From an uncultured Pseudomonadota bacterium (GTDB lineage: Bacteria > Myxococcota_A > Polyangia > Fen-1088): a stretch of 64,000 bases of DNA. The notes under the pieces are model-generated. The model had not been told where the DNA came from. It did not search any database and worked only from the letters and a program-made list of their open reading frames with translations. The stretch is taken from the NCBI GenBank assembly GCA_963847705.1, contig CAWKBC010000029.1, positions 160,001-224,000 of the forward strand, written 5' to 3'. This document shows positions 41,782 to 52,557 of the stretch, one piece after another (positions within the stretch are counted from its first letter, which is position 1; each line of letters starts with the position of its first letter). The translations under genes were made by a program, and so were the position numbers.

Positions 41782-43233
41782 ATGTGTTTCAGTGAGCGCC
41801 GGGGGCGTCGGGGGCGTCGGGACCCACGGGCGCTCGCCCTGCTGGCCGCCGCCTCGCTGATCCTCATCGCGGCCCGGGCCAACGCCTCGCCGATCGACGA
41901 TCCGTTCGTGACCGGCATGTCGTTCAGCGGACCGACCTCGGGCGATCTGGGGGCGATTTACTGGAATCCGGCAGCGCTCGGCCTGATGCGCGGGTTCCAG
42001 CTGATGGTGGCCGGAACGGCGCGCTGGTCGTCGGTCGGCGCGTCGCTCCCCGCCGGCTCGGCGACCGCCACCGACTTCCGTCAGCCATTTCAGTGGCCCC
42101 CCGGCCCGGGCGCCTACGTGGCGCTGGGGTACGGGAGCGATCGGTTCACGCTGGCCTTCGCGACCTACATGCCCTACCTCGAACAGATCCATTTTCCGAC
42201 CTCGGCGACGGGCAACGAGCCGACCCGCTACCAGGTGTTGAGCATGGACCTGCGCAACCTGGCGCTGGTGCCGGCGCTGGCAATCCGGTTCGGCAACGAC
42301 CTGCGGATCGGCCTGTCGTCGGGGTTCATGTTCTCGACCGGCAGCCTCAGCTTCGCCGAGGATCTGACCGGCGCGCAGACCCCGGCCACCGACGCCCGCT
42401 ACAACATCGACTCGGGCCAGGGGATCGGCGACGCGACGTTCTCGGTCACACTCGGCGGCGGACTCTACTGGCGCCACAAGAATCTGGAGCTCGGCCTCTC
42501 CTACCAGAGCCATCCACTCGGCGGCCAGGTGGCGGGCGTCGAGGTCGCCGGCGACGCGACCACCGTCACGCGGCCGCCCAGTCAGGGCGGCGGCCTGGCC
42601 ACCTGCGGGGGCGGCCAGTCGAGCCGCTGCGTCTTCGGCGACATCGCCTACCGCCTCCCGGATGTCTTCATCGGCGGGGTCACCTGGCACCTTCGACCGG
42701 GGCTGGAGCTCAACGTGATGGCCCGCTGGCTCTGGACCCACGAGCACGACCGGATCGACATCCGCCTGGTCGGTCCCACGCTGGAGGCCGACGGGCTCCC
42801 CCAGCACATCGTTCTTTACCAGGGATTTCACGACGTGGTCGACACCCGGGCGCGGATCGCCTACTGGTGGCGCGAGCGGCTGCGCATCGGCGCCGAGCTG
42901 CGGGTCGAAAACGGCGCGGTCGACAGCAGCGCGGTCAACGCCGCGGCCGTCGACGGATGGCAGCTCGAGCCGGTCATCCTGGCCGAGCTGCGGCTCAGCC
43001 GGAGATTCTGGCTCGGCGCCGGCTACGGCCTTACCATCATGCCCAACGTGACCGTGACCAACTCGATCTTCGACTCGACCGCGGCCGCCGCCTGCAAGGC
43101 CGACAGCTATGACCTCGCCAACCCCGACAACGCCTGCCAAAAGCGCACGAACGGCACCGCTCGCCCCAGCGCCGACGGGACCTACACCAGCCTCGTGCAA
43201 GACTTCGGCCTCACCATGACCTTTCGACTCTGA
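41782..43233 (+). CDS. OmpP1/FadL/TodX-family outer-membrane transporter
   Basis: Signal ANA-S, AIYWNPAALG, beta-strand pattern, C-terminal TFRL. Confidence 0.8.
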   Translation: MCFSERRGRRGRRDPRALALLAAASLILIAARANASPIDDPFVTGMSFSGPTSGDLGAIYWNPAALGLMRGFQLMVAGTARWSSVGASLPAGSATATDFRQPFQWPPGPGAYVALGYGSDRFTLAFATYMPYLEQIHFPTSATGNEPTRYQVLSMDLRNLALVPALAIRFGNDLRIGLSSGFMFSTGSLSFAEDLTGAQTPATDARYNIDSGQGIGDATFSVTLGGGLYWRHKNLELGLSYQSHPLGGQVAGVEVAGDATTVTRPPSQGGGLATCGGGQSSRCVFGDIAYRLPDVFIGGVTWHLRPGLELNVMARWLWTHEHDRIDIRLVGPTLEADGLPQHIVLYQGFHDVVDTRARIAYWWRERLRIGAELRVENGAVDSSAVNAAAVDGWQLEPVILAELRLSRRFWLGAGYGLTIMPNVTVTNSIFDSTAAAACKADSYDLANPDNACQKRTNGTARPSADGTYTSLVQDFGLTMTFRL

Positions 43234-44675
43234 TGCTGAGCCCAGGATCCACGGCGGCGATCTCCGCGCTGGCGCTGCTCGGATGCGCCGCGACCTCCGC
43301 CCGGCGCGGCTCGGCGGCGGCGCCGGGGGGCGGCCCGACCGGCACCGGCGCCGCGCCGCCCGCCGAGATCGCCCGCGCCTCGCTGGGGACGCTGACGGTC
43401 ACCAAGTGGCGGCTCGACAACGGGCTGGAGGTGGTGCTGCTGCCCGATCCGCGGGCCACCTCGGTCAGCTACACCACCTGGTTCCGCGTCGGCTCGCGCA
43501 ACGAGGAGGCGGCGGCCGGCGAGACGGGTCTGGCGCACCTGTTCGAGCACCTGATGTTCACCCAGACCAAGAACGCCGCCGCCGACGCCTTCGACAACAA
43601 GATGGACGCCGTCGGCGGCAGCACCAACGCGATGACCTATTACGACTTCACCGCCTACGTCGACGACATTCCAGCCACGGAGATGAGCACGGCCGTCACG
43701 CTGGAGGCCGATCGGATGGTCAACCTCGATCTGCGCAAGAAGCAGGTCGACATTGAGCGCGACGTGGTGGCCGAGGAGCGCCTCTCCTCGGTGGAAGACA
43801 ACGTCGACGGGATCCTCGACGAGCTGATGTACGGGCAGGCCTACAAGACGCACCCCTACCGCTGGCCGGTGATCGGCTCGATGAAGGACATCAAGGCGAT
43901 CACCCAGGCCAAGGCGGCCGCCTTCTACAAGAAGTTCTACGCGCCCAACAACGCGGTGCTGGTGATCGCCGGGAAGATCGACGAAGCGGCGACGCTGTCG
44001 GCCATCGTCGGCGCCTACGGCGCGATCCCGCCGTCGAAGAAGCTCCCCCAGGACGAGGCCAAGCCCGAGCGCGCGCCGCAGAGCGAGGTGCGCACGGTGA
44101 TCGCCCGCCCGGTGCCCGCCGATCGCCTGGTGATCGGTTTCCCCGCGCCGGCGCTGGGCGCCCCCGACCGCGCCGCCTACGAGGTGTTGAACGAGCTGCT
44201 CGCCGACGGTCCCTCGTCCCGCCTCAACCGCGCGCTCATCGTCGACAAGCCGTGGGCCTCGTCGGTGCACGGCGACATCGCGCCCACCCGCGATCCTGGC
44301 CTCTACGCCATCTGGATCCAGATGGTGAAGGGACACACCGCCGAGGAGGCCGAGCGGCTGGTCGTCGCCGCGGCGGCCGACCTGGCGGCGCGCCCGGTCG
44401 GCGCGGCGGAGCTGGGCAAGGCAGCCGCGCGGATGGAGACCCAGTTCTGGCAGGAGCTCGGGTCGAGCCACGGGCGCGCCGAGACGGTGGGGGCATTCGA
44501 GATCGCGGCCGGCGACTTCCGGGCGCTCTTGGCGCGCGGCGCCGAGTACGCGCGCGTGACCGCCGCCGACGTGCAGAAGGTGGCCGCCGACTACCTGGCC
44601 ACCGGGGCGCGCTCGGTGGTGATCGCGCGCCCCTCCGGTGAGCCGGTGGCGCCGCAGGGGACGGAGAAGCTTTGA
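43233..44675 (+). CDS. M16 family zinc peptidase, catalytic subunit (lipoprotein)
   Basis: LDNGL, GLAHLFEHLMF (HxxEH), NA.T..D.T.Y, HPY.WPVIG, Y.PNNA. Confidence 0.93.
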   Translation: MLSPGSTAAISALALLGCAATSARRGSAAAPGGGPTGTGAAPPAEIARASLGTLTVTKWRLDNGLEVVLLPDPRATSVSYTTWFRVGSRNEEAAAGETGLAHLFEHLMFTQTKNAAADAFDNKMDAVGGSTNAMTYYDFTAYVDDIPATEMSTAVTLEADRMVNLDLRKKQVDIERDVVAEERLSSVEDNVDGILDELMYGQAYKTHPYRWPVIGSMKDIKAITQAKAAAFYKKFYAPNNAVLVIAGKIDEAATLSAIVGAYGAIPPSKKLPQDEAKPERAPQSEVRTVIARPVPADRLVIGFPAPALGAPDRAAYEVLNELLADGPSSRLNRALIVDKPWASSVHGDIAPTRDPGLYAIWIQMVKGHTAEEAERLVVAAAADLAARPVGAAELGKAAARMETQFWQELGSSHGRAETVGAFEIAAGDFRALLARGAEYARVTAADVQKVAADYLATGARSVVIARPSGEPVAPQGTEKL

Positions 44676-46072
44676 GCGGCGTGGGCGCCATCGTCTCCGC
44701 CGCGCTGATGGTCGGGGTGACGCCCCCCGCGGCAGACGGCGGCCCAGCACAAGGCGCGCTCCGGCGCCCCGGTCCGGCCGGCTCGCTGGTGATCGTCGAG
44801 GACGATCACAGCGTCCCGCTCGTGCACGTCATCATCGCCTCGCGCTCGGGCTCGGCGGCCGATCCGCGTCACCGGGAGGGGCTCACCAACCTCGGCGCCG
44901 AGTGGGCGCGGCACGGCGCCGGCGGCCGCTCGCGCGCGGCGCTCGACGAGGCGTTCGACGCGCTCGGCGGGACGCTGGAGGTGCGCGTCGAGCAGGACAT
45001 GACGCGCTTCGAGGGCGAGGTTTTGGCCCGCAACCTCGACGCCTACCTGGCGCTGGTCGCCGACATCTTGATCCGCCCCAGCTTCGACCCGGCCGAATTT
45101 GTCCGCACGCGCCAGGAGATCGAGGGGCAGATCGATGAGAACCGCAACGACGATCGCCAGCTGTGCGAGCGCTTCTTCCTGCGCAACGTCTACGGCGAGC
45201 ACCCCTACGGCCATCCGGTCGACGGCCTGCCGGCCTCGCTGAACGCCGCCGCCGCCGCCGAGACCGCGGCGCATTTTCGCCGCCACTTCGGCGGGCGGAA
45301 CCTGATCTTCGCCTTCACCGGCGACGTGGAGCCCGACGCGCTCTCCGCCACGCTGGCGAGGACGTTCCACGGTCTGTCGGCCGCCCCCGCGCCCCCGCCG
45401 AACGCGCTCGAGCTGCGCGCGCCGGTGCCGCTCAAGGGGTGGCGCATCGAGCTGGTCGACAAGCCCGACCGACAACAGACGCAGCTGATGTTCGGTCACG
45501 CCACCCTGCACGCCTCCGACAGCGACTTCGTCCCGCTGCAGATCGCCATGTCGGCCTTCGGCGGGCGGGCCATGAGCTCGACCTTGATGGACGAGGTGCG
45601 CCGCAAGCGCGGCCTGGCTTACGGCGCCTACCTGATCCTGGAAGAGCGCCGCGGCGCGGGCGCGGCCATGGGCTGGGTCTTCTCGGGGACCGACAAGACG
45701 GTCGCCATGCTGAAGCTGGTGCTGAACCTCTACGTGACGTTCATGGAGAAGGGTCTGTCGCCGACCGAGGTGGCGTTCTTCCAGCGCTTCCTCATCGGCT
45801 CGCAGGCCGCCGAGATGGACGTCCCGGAGCAGCGGCTGGCGGCGCGCGTGGCCGCCGAGGTCGCCGGGCTGCCGGGCGACTTCGTGGACAGCTACGGGGC
45901 GCGCGTCTCGGCCGTCTCGCCCGCCGAGGTCAACGCCGCGATCAAGCGCCACGTCCACGCCCGCGATCTGGCCATCACGATGGTCGCCTCCGCCCCGGTG
46001 ATGAAGAAGCTGCTCACCGCGGCCAAGATTCAGGAGAGCGCCATCGACGTCGTCCCCTACGACGGTTTTTGA
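44672..46072 (+). CDS. M16 family non-catalytic subunit
   Basis: EDHSVPLV-like start, YGEHPY, EVR.KRGLAY, no HxxEH. Confidence 0.88.
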   Translation: MSGVGAIVSAALMVGVTPPAADGGPAQGALRRPGPAGSLVIVEDDHSVPLVHVIIASRSGSAADPRHREGLTNLGAEWARHGAGGRSRAALDEAFDALGGTLEVRVEQDMTRFEGEVLARNLDAYLALVADILIRPSFDPAEFVRTRQEIEGQIDENRNDDRQLCERFFLRNVYGEHPYGHPVDGLPASLNAAAAAETAAHFRRHFGGRNLIFAFTGDVEPDALSATLARTFHGLSAAPAPPPNALELRAPVPLKGWRIELVDKPDRQQTQLMFGHATLHASDSDFVPLQIAMSAFGGRAMSSTLMDEVRRKRGLAYGAYLILEERRGAGAAMGWVFSGTDKTVAMLKLVLNLYVTFMEKGLSPTEVAFFQRFLIGSQAAEMDVPEQRLAARVAAEVAGLPGDFVDSYGARVSAVSPAEVNAAIKRHVHARDLAITMVASAPVMKKLLTAAKIQESAIDVVPYDGF

Positions 46073-46083
46073 GGCCCAGGCGG

Positions 46084-47841
46084 ATGCTCCGGCGCGCGCC
46101 GCTCGTCGCTGCCTGCGGCCTGGCGGCGTTGCTCGGCTGCCAGCAGCCGCCCGGCACTGAAAGGTTTCGTCCGGCTCCGCTCCCCGACGCGGGCGACGCC
46201 GTCGCCGGGCTGACGCCCCTCTTCGTCACCGCGCCGCGCCCCGCCTGCGAATTCTCCGGACCGCTGGCGATCACCTCGCAGGGGGAGCCCGAGATCCTCA
46301 TCGTCACCGCCGACGGCGTCTTCACGGCGCTCGACCCCGCGACCGGCGCGCAGCTCTGGCAGGTCGCGCTGGCGGCGGGCGACGGCCTTCTCGCCAACCT
46401 GGCCGCGCCGCCCGCCCTGGTCGGTCATCGCCTCGTCTTCGCCTGGCAAGAGGTGATGCCCGACTGGACCCGGGTCGCCCATCACGTCGGCGTCATCGAT
46501 CTCGACGCCCGCGCGCTCGACCCGCAGTTCCCGTCACTCACGCTCGCCGCCAGCGCGCCGGCCAGCGACGGGTCGGGGCCGATCGACTTTCTCCCGGCCC
46601 ACGCCTATTCGCGCGCGGCGGTCGTTCACGTCGAGGTGCCGGATCGGGTGCTCGGCCTGGCCTACGTCTCCTTCGGCAACGTCCGCGATCTGCAGCCCTG
46701 GCACGGCTGGCTGTTCGAGATCGATCTCGACGCCTGGCAGGCGAACGGCGAGGCGATCACCGGCACCCTGGTCACGACCTCCGCCCAGAGCGACTGCGGC
46801 GCCGAGAACAGCGACGGCTCTCGCCAGATGAGCTGCGGCGGCGGCGTCTGGGCACCGCTCGGGCCCGAGGTGATCGCGGACCCGGCCTCCCCGGACGGGT
46901 ACGCGCTCCTGGTGGCGACCGGCAACGGGTTGCTCGATCCCACGCGCGGCAGCTACGCGAACTCCGTGCTCCGCCTGGGGCGCGGCCTCTCCTTCGATCC
47001 AGGGTGCGACCCCACGCTCTGCGCGGGGTTCGAGCCGACGGCGCCGACCGACGCCTGCGTGGCCTCTTGTGATCGGCTGTTCATCCCGCGGCTTCCCGCG
47101 GGGGAGGCCGTCCCGCGCGGCGCCAACGACGGGTGCGTCGGCCGTACGCTGTTCGAGTGTTACGCCACCTTCGACTGGGATCTGGGCGCCGACGCCCCGA
47201 TCGCCGTCGCGCTGCCGGGCGGTCCCCAGGTGATCGTCCAGGCAGGGAAGGACGGTGCGGTCTATCTGGTCGACGCCGATCACCTGGGCACGCTCTACGA
47301 CCGCGCGCCGATCATGCCCGGCTGTGGCGAGGGGGGCGGGACCTGCACCGAGACCTGGGCGGGGACCATCGTCACCAAACCGGCCGTCACCACCGTCGGC
47401 GGCGCCACGCTGGTGCTGGTCCCGACCTTCGTCGCCGACGATCTCCACCCCGCCGGGCTGCAGGCGCTGCAGATCGACACCAGCGAGGGAACGCCTCGGT
47501 TCTTGCCGCGCTGGCAGGCGCCGGCCGCTGGCGATCCGGACGCGGTGGCTGGATTCCGCGCGCCGCCCAGCGGCGTCGTCACCGTCGAGGTGGGCGGGGA
47601 GACCTACGCGGCCCTGGCCGACGCCAGCCCGCCGGCCGGGACGCTCTACTGGGTTCGGGTGCGCGACGGCGCGGTCGTTCAGAAGCTGGCGCTGGCCGGA
47701 GGGGGCCAGCGCTTCGCCCAGCCGCTCGCCGCGAACGGCATCCTCTACGTCCCCTCGTGCCAGCGCACCGGCACGCCTTCCTTCGAGGAGGGCCCCTCGA
47801 CGCTGGAGGCGTTCAAAATCGATGCTACGCTCCCGCCGTGA
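46084..47841 (+). CDS. Lipoprotein with a PQQ-like beta-propeller
   Basis: Lipobox LLGC, ALDPATGAQLW, WHGW, GGGVW, ATGNG, DWDLG, AGKDG.VYL. Confidence 0.75.
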   Translation: MLRRAPLVAACGLAALLGCQQPPGTERFRPAPLPDAGDAVAGLTPLFVTAPRPACEFSGPLAITSQGEPEILIVTADGVFTALDPATGAQLWQVALAAGDGLLANLAAPPALVGHRLVFAWQEVMPDWTRVAHHVGVIDLDARALDPQFPSLTLAASAPASDGSGPIDFLPAHAYSRAAVVHVEVPDRVLGLAYVSFGNVRDLQPWHGWLFEIDLDAWQANGEAITGTLVTTSAQSDCGAENSDGSRQMSCGGGVWAPLGPEVIADPASPDGYALLVATGNGLLDPTRGSYANSVLRLGRGLSFDPGCDPTLCAGFEPTAPTDACVASCDRLFIPRLPAGEAVPRGANDGCVGRTLFECYATFDWDLGADAPIAVALPGGPQVIVQAGKDGAVYLVDADHLGTLYDRAPIMPGCGEGGGTCTETWAGTIVTKPAVTTVGGATLVLVPTFVADDLHPAGLQALQIDTSEGTPRFLPRWQAPAAGDPDAVAGFRAPPSGVVTVEVGGETYAALADASPPAGTLYWVRVRDGAVVQKLALAGGGQRFAQPLAANGILYVPSCQRTGTPSFEEGPSTLEAFKIDATLPP

Positions 47842-48404
47842 ACGAGGGAGCCCCCAAACCGGCGAAAGAAGCGGGCGTGCGCGTCCTCGCGCGCGGGCGC
47901 TATCTGACGTTGCTGGACGACGACGGGTGGGAGTACGTCACCCGCCACAACATCAAGGGGATCGTCGTCATCGTGGCGATCACCGACGACCAAAAGCTGC
48001 TGCTGGTCGAGCAGCACCGCCCCGCCGTCGGGAACCGGGTGATCGAGCTGCCGGCCGGCCTGGTGGGGGACATCGACGCGGGTGAGAGCCTGATCGGGGC
48101 AGCCGAACGCGAGCTCATCGAGGAGACGGGCTTCGCGGCGGGCGAGATGGTCGCCCTGGCCGAGGGCCCCATCGCCGTCGGCGTCAGCGACGAGACGATC
48201 TCCTTCTTCCATGCCCGCGACCCGAGGCGCGTCGGGCCAGGCGGCGGCGACGCGAGCGAGCAGATCACCACCCACGAGGTGCCGCTGCCGGAGCTGCGCA
48301 GGTTCCTGGCCGGTCGCGCGGCAGCGGGTCTGGCCATCGATCCGAAGATCTATGCCGGGCTGTTTCTGGTCGGCGCGCAAGTCCCCGCCCAGAGCCCCGC
48401 GTGA
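47838..48404 (+). CDS. NUDIX hydrolase (ADP-ribose pyrophosphatase-like)
   Basis: ELPAGL.G..GES...AAERELIEETG Nudix box. Confidence 0.9.
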   Translation: MNEGAPKPAKEAGVRVLARGRYLTLLDDDGWEYVTRHNIKGIVVIVAITDDQKLLLVEQHRPAVGNRVIELPAGLVGDIDAGESLIGAAERELIEETGFAAGEMVALAEGPIAVGVSDETISFFHARDPRRVGPGGGDASEQITTHEVPLPELRRFLAGRAAAGLAIDPKIYAGLFLVGAQVPAQSPA

Positions 48405-48823
48405 CGCCCCCCGTGACCACCCTCCCCGCCCCCGGAACCCCGGTCGGCCCGCTGGGGTTCGTCGAGCGCGCGTCGGCGCCCGGCACGGCGATCTGGGACT
48501 ACGACGTCAAGCCCGAGCACTTCAACCCGAACGGCGTCCTGCACGGCGGGGTGGTCATGGCGCTGCTCGACACCGCGATGGGACAGGCGGTGGCGGCGCT
48601 GGTGGCGCCCGAGGGGGCCTTCAACGCCTCCGCCCAGATGAACGTCCACTTTCTGGAGCCGATCCGCGGCGGGCGAATCACCGCGCGGGCCGAGGTGCGC
48701 AAGTGCGGCAAGCGGCTGGCGGTGGTCGAGGCCGAGGCGACCGACGAGCACGGCGCCGTGCTGGCCATCGCCACCGCCTCGCACGCGATCCTCAGGCGGA
48801 AGCCAGAGCCGTCCTCGTCTTAG
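48401..48823 (+). CDS. PaaI-family thioesterase
   Basis: NPNGVLHGG...ALLD.AMG. Confidence 0.9.
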   Translation: MTPPVTTLPAPGTPVGPLGFVERASAPGTAIWDYDVKPEHFNPNGVLHGGVVMALLDTAMGQAVAALVAPEGAFNASAQMNVHFLEPIRGGRITARAEVRKCGKRLAVVEAEATDEHGAVLAIATASHAILRRKPEPSSS

Positions 48824-49538
48824 CCGGGTCGTTGGTGATGACGCCGTCGACCCCCATCCGGCGGCAGGCGGCGAGCGCCGCCGGATCGTCGACGGTCCAG
48901 ACGTTCACCATGTAGCCGCGCCGCTGCCAGGCGGCCACCCGCTCCGCGGTGCAGAGCACCAGCTCCGGATGCAGCGCGAACGGCCGCAGCCACGGCGCCA
49001 GCCAGGCGCGCCGCAGCGGCAACAGCGACTGGCGTTCGAACAGCAACGCCGCGCGGACGGCGGGCAGGCGACGCATCCAGAGGTGGACCGCCAACGGATT
49101 GAACGACGACACCAGCACGCGGTGGGCGCTGTCGGTCCGCGCGACGACCTCGGCCACCGCCTCCACCAGCGCGGCGATCGGGCCGACGCCGAGCACGTTG
49201 GCCTTGAGCTCGACGTTGACCAGGAGGTCTGGACCGCAGGCCTCCAGCGCCTCTTCCAGGGTGGGGATGGTCGTCCCGCCGGGGAGCTGGACGTCGCGCA
49301 GGGTCCGGTAGGGAAGCTCGGCAATGCGCTCCGGCCGCCCCGCCAGGCGCGCGAGATCGTCGTCGTGAAAGACCATCACCTCGCCGGTCGCCGACAGCAA
49401 GACGTCCAGCTCGACGCCGTCAGCACCGTCGCTGCGGGCGCGCCGAAATGCCGCGACCGTGTTCTCGGTCTCACGTGCGCTCGCCCCGCGATGTCCGAGG
49501 ACCAGCGGTCCCTCCCCGGGCCGGCGCGACTGCCACAC
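48792..49538 (-). CDS. Glycerophosphodiester phosphodiesterase
   Basis: GHRGAS, ENT..AF, GVELDV, FHD, NVELK, WTVDD, GVITN. Confidence 0.93.
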   Translation of the reverse strand: MWQSRRPGEGPLVLGHRGASARETENTVAAFRRARSDGADGVELDVLLSATGEVMVFHDDDLARLAGRPERIAELPYRTLRDVQLPGGTTIPTLEEALEACGPDLLVNVELKANVLGVGPIAALVEAVAEVVARTDSAHRVLVSSFNPLAVHLWMRRLPAVRAALLFERQSLLPLRRAWLAPWLRPFALHPELVLCTAERVAAWQRRGYMVNVWTVDDPAALAACRRMGVDGVITNDPAKTRTALASA

Positions 49539-49583
49539 ACGAAAAGCGTACCACCGGCGAGGCGGCGCATTAAACTAGAGGCA

Positions 49584-52001
49584 ATGTCGCGACGTGCACC
49601 CTCGGCCGTGGTCGGGGCTCTCGCCTTGGGTTTGCTCGCAGGGTTGGCCACCGGCATCAGCGGAGGCTGTGCGCACACCAGCAAGCCGCCGCCGTCCGGG
49701 CCTGGCCAGGCGCTGGCCAGCGAGGCTTCGCGCATCGGCGCGATTGCCTACGAGGACGACTTCCTCGAAGCCCGGCTGGTCTTCCAGGCGTTGCCGATCG
49801 CGGCGCCCGAGCGGGTGGCGTTGCGCTCCAAGCTCCTCCACTACCTCCTCGATCCGGTGCTGGCGCTCAAGCTGGACGACATCCGGCGCGAGTCGCGCGA
49901 GCTCGAGAGTGACGACGTCTACGAGTCGGTCTTCTCGTCCTTCCGAGATGCGCTGGGGCTCTTCGATCCGAGCGAGCTGTGGGCGGCGCCGGCGCGCGTG
50001 ACGCCCGAGGAGGCGCGCCTCCTGCGGCCAGCGGCGGAGCTGGTCATCGCCCTTTATTCTCCCCGCGGCGGCGATCAGCAGGCGGTGCTGGCGCTGGCGG
50101 CGCTGGCCACGATCGCCCCCGCCGAGCACGAATGGCAGGAGCGGCTCGATCAGGTCGTCCACTGGAGCGAAGAGGAGAGCAACTTCGACGAAGGGGGCGG
50201 CATGCACCGGGGCAGCAGCGCCATCGACGCGCTCGAAAGCGCGCTCGGCGACTGGCCGGCCCCCGCGGTGGTCCTGCGCCTCGACCAGCTCTACGTCGCC
50301 CGGCAGAAGCGGTTCGCCTCGGCGCTCAGCCACCCGCCGTCGGGGGACGGCGCACGGCGGGCGCTCGGCGAGCTGTTGCTGGCGCACGGCGACGAGATGC
50401 AGCGGGCGGTCACCAGCCTGGCCGGCGCCTACCTGCGCGCCGGACGGATCGCCGATGCGGCCACCCGAACGGCGCAGATGACCGGCCAGCTGGCCGGCAA
50501 TGACGGCGACGACCCCGAGCTGCGCGCCCTGCTGGTCGCCGCGGCCAAGCCCAACGCCGCCGCAGCCGACTACCTGGCGCTCGCGCGCCGGTTCCTGCCC
50601 CGGGTCGACTTCCTGGGCGGGACCGCCACCGACGCCCCCGATCCGGTGGTGGCGTTCCGGGTTCTGGAGGCGGGCCTGGGCGCGCACCCCTCCGATGTGG
50701 ATCTCCTCATCCTCAACGGTCACGTCGCGCGTCTGCTGTCGTCTTACTTCCTGGCCATCCGGCGGCTCGAGGAGGCGGAGGCGGTGCTCGAGGCCAACCC
50801 GTCGGCACGAGACCTCGACGGCAAGATCTCGGCGGAGCTGATCGAGCTCTACTTCGTCCGCCTGCGGCTGCGCCTCGATCCCGAGCGCGACGCGCCGGCC
50901 TTTGCGGAGGCCGACGATCTCAAGCGGCGATTCGCCGACACCAAACGCCGGTTCGCCAGCACCGAGATGAAGGTCCGAGACGCCGACATCGACTTCGAGC
51001 TGGCCCGCAGCTACGTCAACGAGGGCCTCATCGACCGCGCCGAGCCGCTGTTTCTGCGGGCGCGTGAGGAGGGTGAACCGACCGCCGACGTGACGGTCGA
51101 GCTGGCCAACCTGGCGCTCAAGCGCGGCAATCCGGCGCGCGCCACCCGAATCGTCCGCGAGGGGCTGGAGGCCCTGCGCGCCAAGGGTGCGTCGCAAGAC
51201 ACCATCGGCTCCGTCGAGGGGCGGGCGCGGCTGGACCGCCTGCTGGGCGACACCTTCGATGCCGCCGGCGATCGCGACGCAGCGGCGACCGCCTGGCGAG
51301 GCTCGCTCATTGGCTGGGAGCGGTTGATGATCGAGCACATCCGCCGGAAGAACGTCGCCGAGTCGGCCGAGGCGAAGGTGGAGGTTGGCAAGCTGCTCTA
51401 CCTCTTGGGCCGTCACGCCGAGGCCTTGCAGCAGTTCGACGACGCCCTCGAGGCCGACGACGACCGCGACCAGTCGTACATCGACATCGTCGCCTTTCTC
51501 GTTCAAGCGGGCGAGACCGACGCCGCGCTCAGCGTCTACCACCGCGCCCTCTCCCGCCCCGGCCATTCCGTGTCGGAGTACGTGAAGGTCTACACCTCGC
51601 TCTGGATCCTCGACCTGACCCGCCGAACTAACAAGGTCGGCGATCCCAAGGCCGAGGCCTACCTGCGCACCCTCGATCAGCGCCACGGCGAGCTCCGCCC
51701 CCACCGCGGTGCCGCCTGGTCCCGCCTGCTGGGCCGCTACGCCGTCGGCAAGATCACCTACGAGCAGGCGCTGGCGGCGGCCGACACGCCCGGAAAACGC
51801 GCGGAGATCTACTTCTACGAGGCGATGCACCGCCTCGAAGAGGGGAAGTCGGACGACGCGCATCAGCTCTGGCAGAAGGTGGTCGAGACGCAGATGTTCT
51901 CGTTCTTCGAGTTCGACATGGCGTCCCACTACCTCCGCACGGGGGCGCCCACGTCTCCTGCCACGTCCGACAGCGCCGCCGCCGCCGCCGCCGCGATCTG
52001 A
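49584..52001 (+). CDS. Large TPR-like alpha-helical lipoprotein
   Basis: Lipobox-like SGGC, TPR-like helices, C-terminal AEIYFY..FFEFDMA (NlpI-like). Confidence 0.75.
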   Translation: MSRRAPSAVVGALALGLLAGLATGISGGCAHTSKPPPSGPGQALASEASRIGAIAYEDDFLEARLVFQALPIAAPERVALRSKLLHYLLDPVLALKLDDIRRESRELESDDVYESVFSSFRDALGLFDPSELWAAPARVTPEEARLLRPAAELVIALYSPRGGDQQAVLALAALATIAPAEHEWQERLDQVVHWSEEESNFDEGGGMHRGSSAIDALESALGDWPAPAVVLRLDQLYVARQKRFASALSHPPSGDGARRALGELLLAHGDEMQRAVTSLAGAYLRAGRIADAATRTAQMTGQLAGNDGDDPELRALLVAAAKPNAAAADYLALARRFLPRVDFLGGTATDAPDPVVAFRVLEAGLGAHPSDVDLLILNGHVARLLSSYFLAIRRLEEAEAVLEANPSARDLDGKISAELIELYFVRLRLRLDPERDAPAFAEADDLKRRFADTKRRFASTEMKVRDADIDFELARSYVNEGLIDRAEPLFLRAREEGEPTADVTVELANLALKRGNPARATRIVREGLEALRAKGASQDTIGSVEGRARLDRLLGDTFDAAGDRDAAATAWRGSLIGWERLMIEHIRRKNVAESAEAKVEVGKLLYLLGRHAEALQQFDDALEADDDRDQSYIDIVAFLVQAGETDAALSVYHRALSRPGHSVSEYVKVYTSLWILDLTRRTNKVGDPKAEAYLRTLDQRHGELRPHRGAAWSRLLGRYAVGKITYEQALAAADTPGKRAEIYFYEAMHRLEEGKSDDAHQLWQKVVETQMFSFFEFDMASHYLRTGAPTSPATSDSAAAAAAAI

Positions 52002-52019
52002 TGTCGCGGCCCGGGCCCG

Positions 52020-52295
52020 GGCCCGGGCTCGCCTCGCTTCGCTCGCTCGCCCTACCGCCACCGCCCGGGCCCGGGCTCGCGCTCGCCTCGCTTCGCTCGC
52101 TCGCCCTATCGCCACCGGGCACGCGCTCGCGCTCGCCTCGCTTCGCTCGCTCGCCCTACCGCCACCGGGCACGCGCTCGCGCTCGCTTCGCTCGCTCGCC
52201 CTATCGCCACCGGGCACGCGCTCGCGCTCGCCTCGCTTCGCTCGCTCGCCCTATCGCCACCGGGCACGCGCTCGCCTCGCTTCGCTCGCCCGCCC
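52020..52295. repeat. ~45-54-bp imperfect tandem repeat x5.5 (core ctcgcttcgctcgctcgcccta(c/t)cgccaccg)
   Basis: Directly visible after the TPR gene stop. Confidence 0.92.
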
Positions 52296-52359
52296 ACGCT
52301 TCCGGCTGCGTTCGCCGTCAACCCCGGCGTTTCGCGCCGGCGAGATCTCTTCGGCGCGC

Positions 52360-52550
52360 GTGAACCCTGTTTCGTGCGGCCTCGAACGCCGTCCGCTCGC
52401 GCCCGGGTCCAGGTCCGCACGAAGCTTTTTCCGGCGCGTGGGCTGCGCTCACGTTTTGAAATGGCAGCCCACGCGCCGGAAAAAGCCCGGTGCGGACCGG
52501 AGAGTGAGCGCGAGCGGGCGACGTTCGATCCCGCACCGCTCGGGGTTCAC
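52360..52550. repeat. Long imperfect palindrome with a perfect 23-bp inner stem
   Basis: gctttttccggcgcgtgggctgc (52424-52446) pairs with gcagcccacgcgccggaaaaagc (52464-52486). Outer arms: ggtccgcac/gtgcggacc, cgctcgcgc/gcgcgagcg, tcgaacg/cgttcga, gtgaaccc/gggttcac. Confidence 0.9.
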
Positions 52551-52557
52551 CGCCGAC

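Noticed and set aside
52490-52550. tRNA suggested by GTTCGATCCC
   Set aside because: No T-stem pairing or cloverleaf. The sequence is an arm of the long palindrome.
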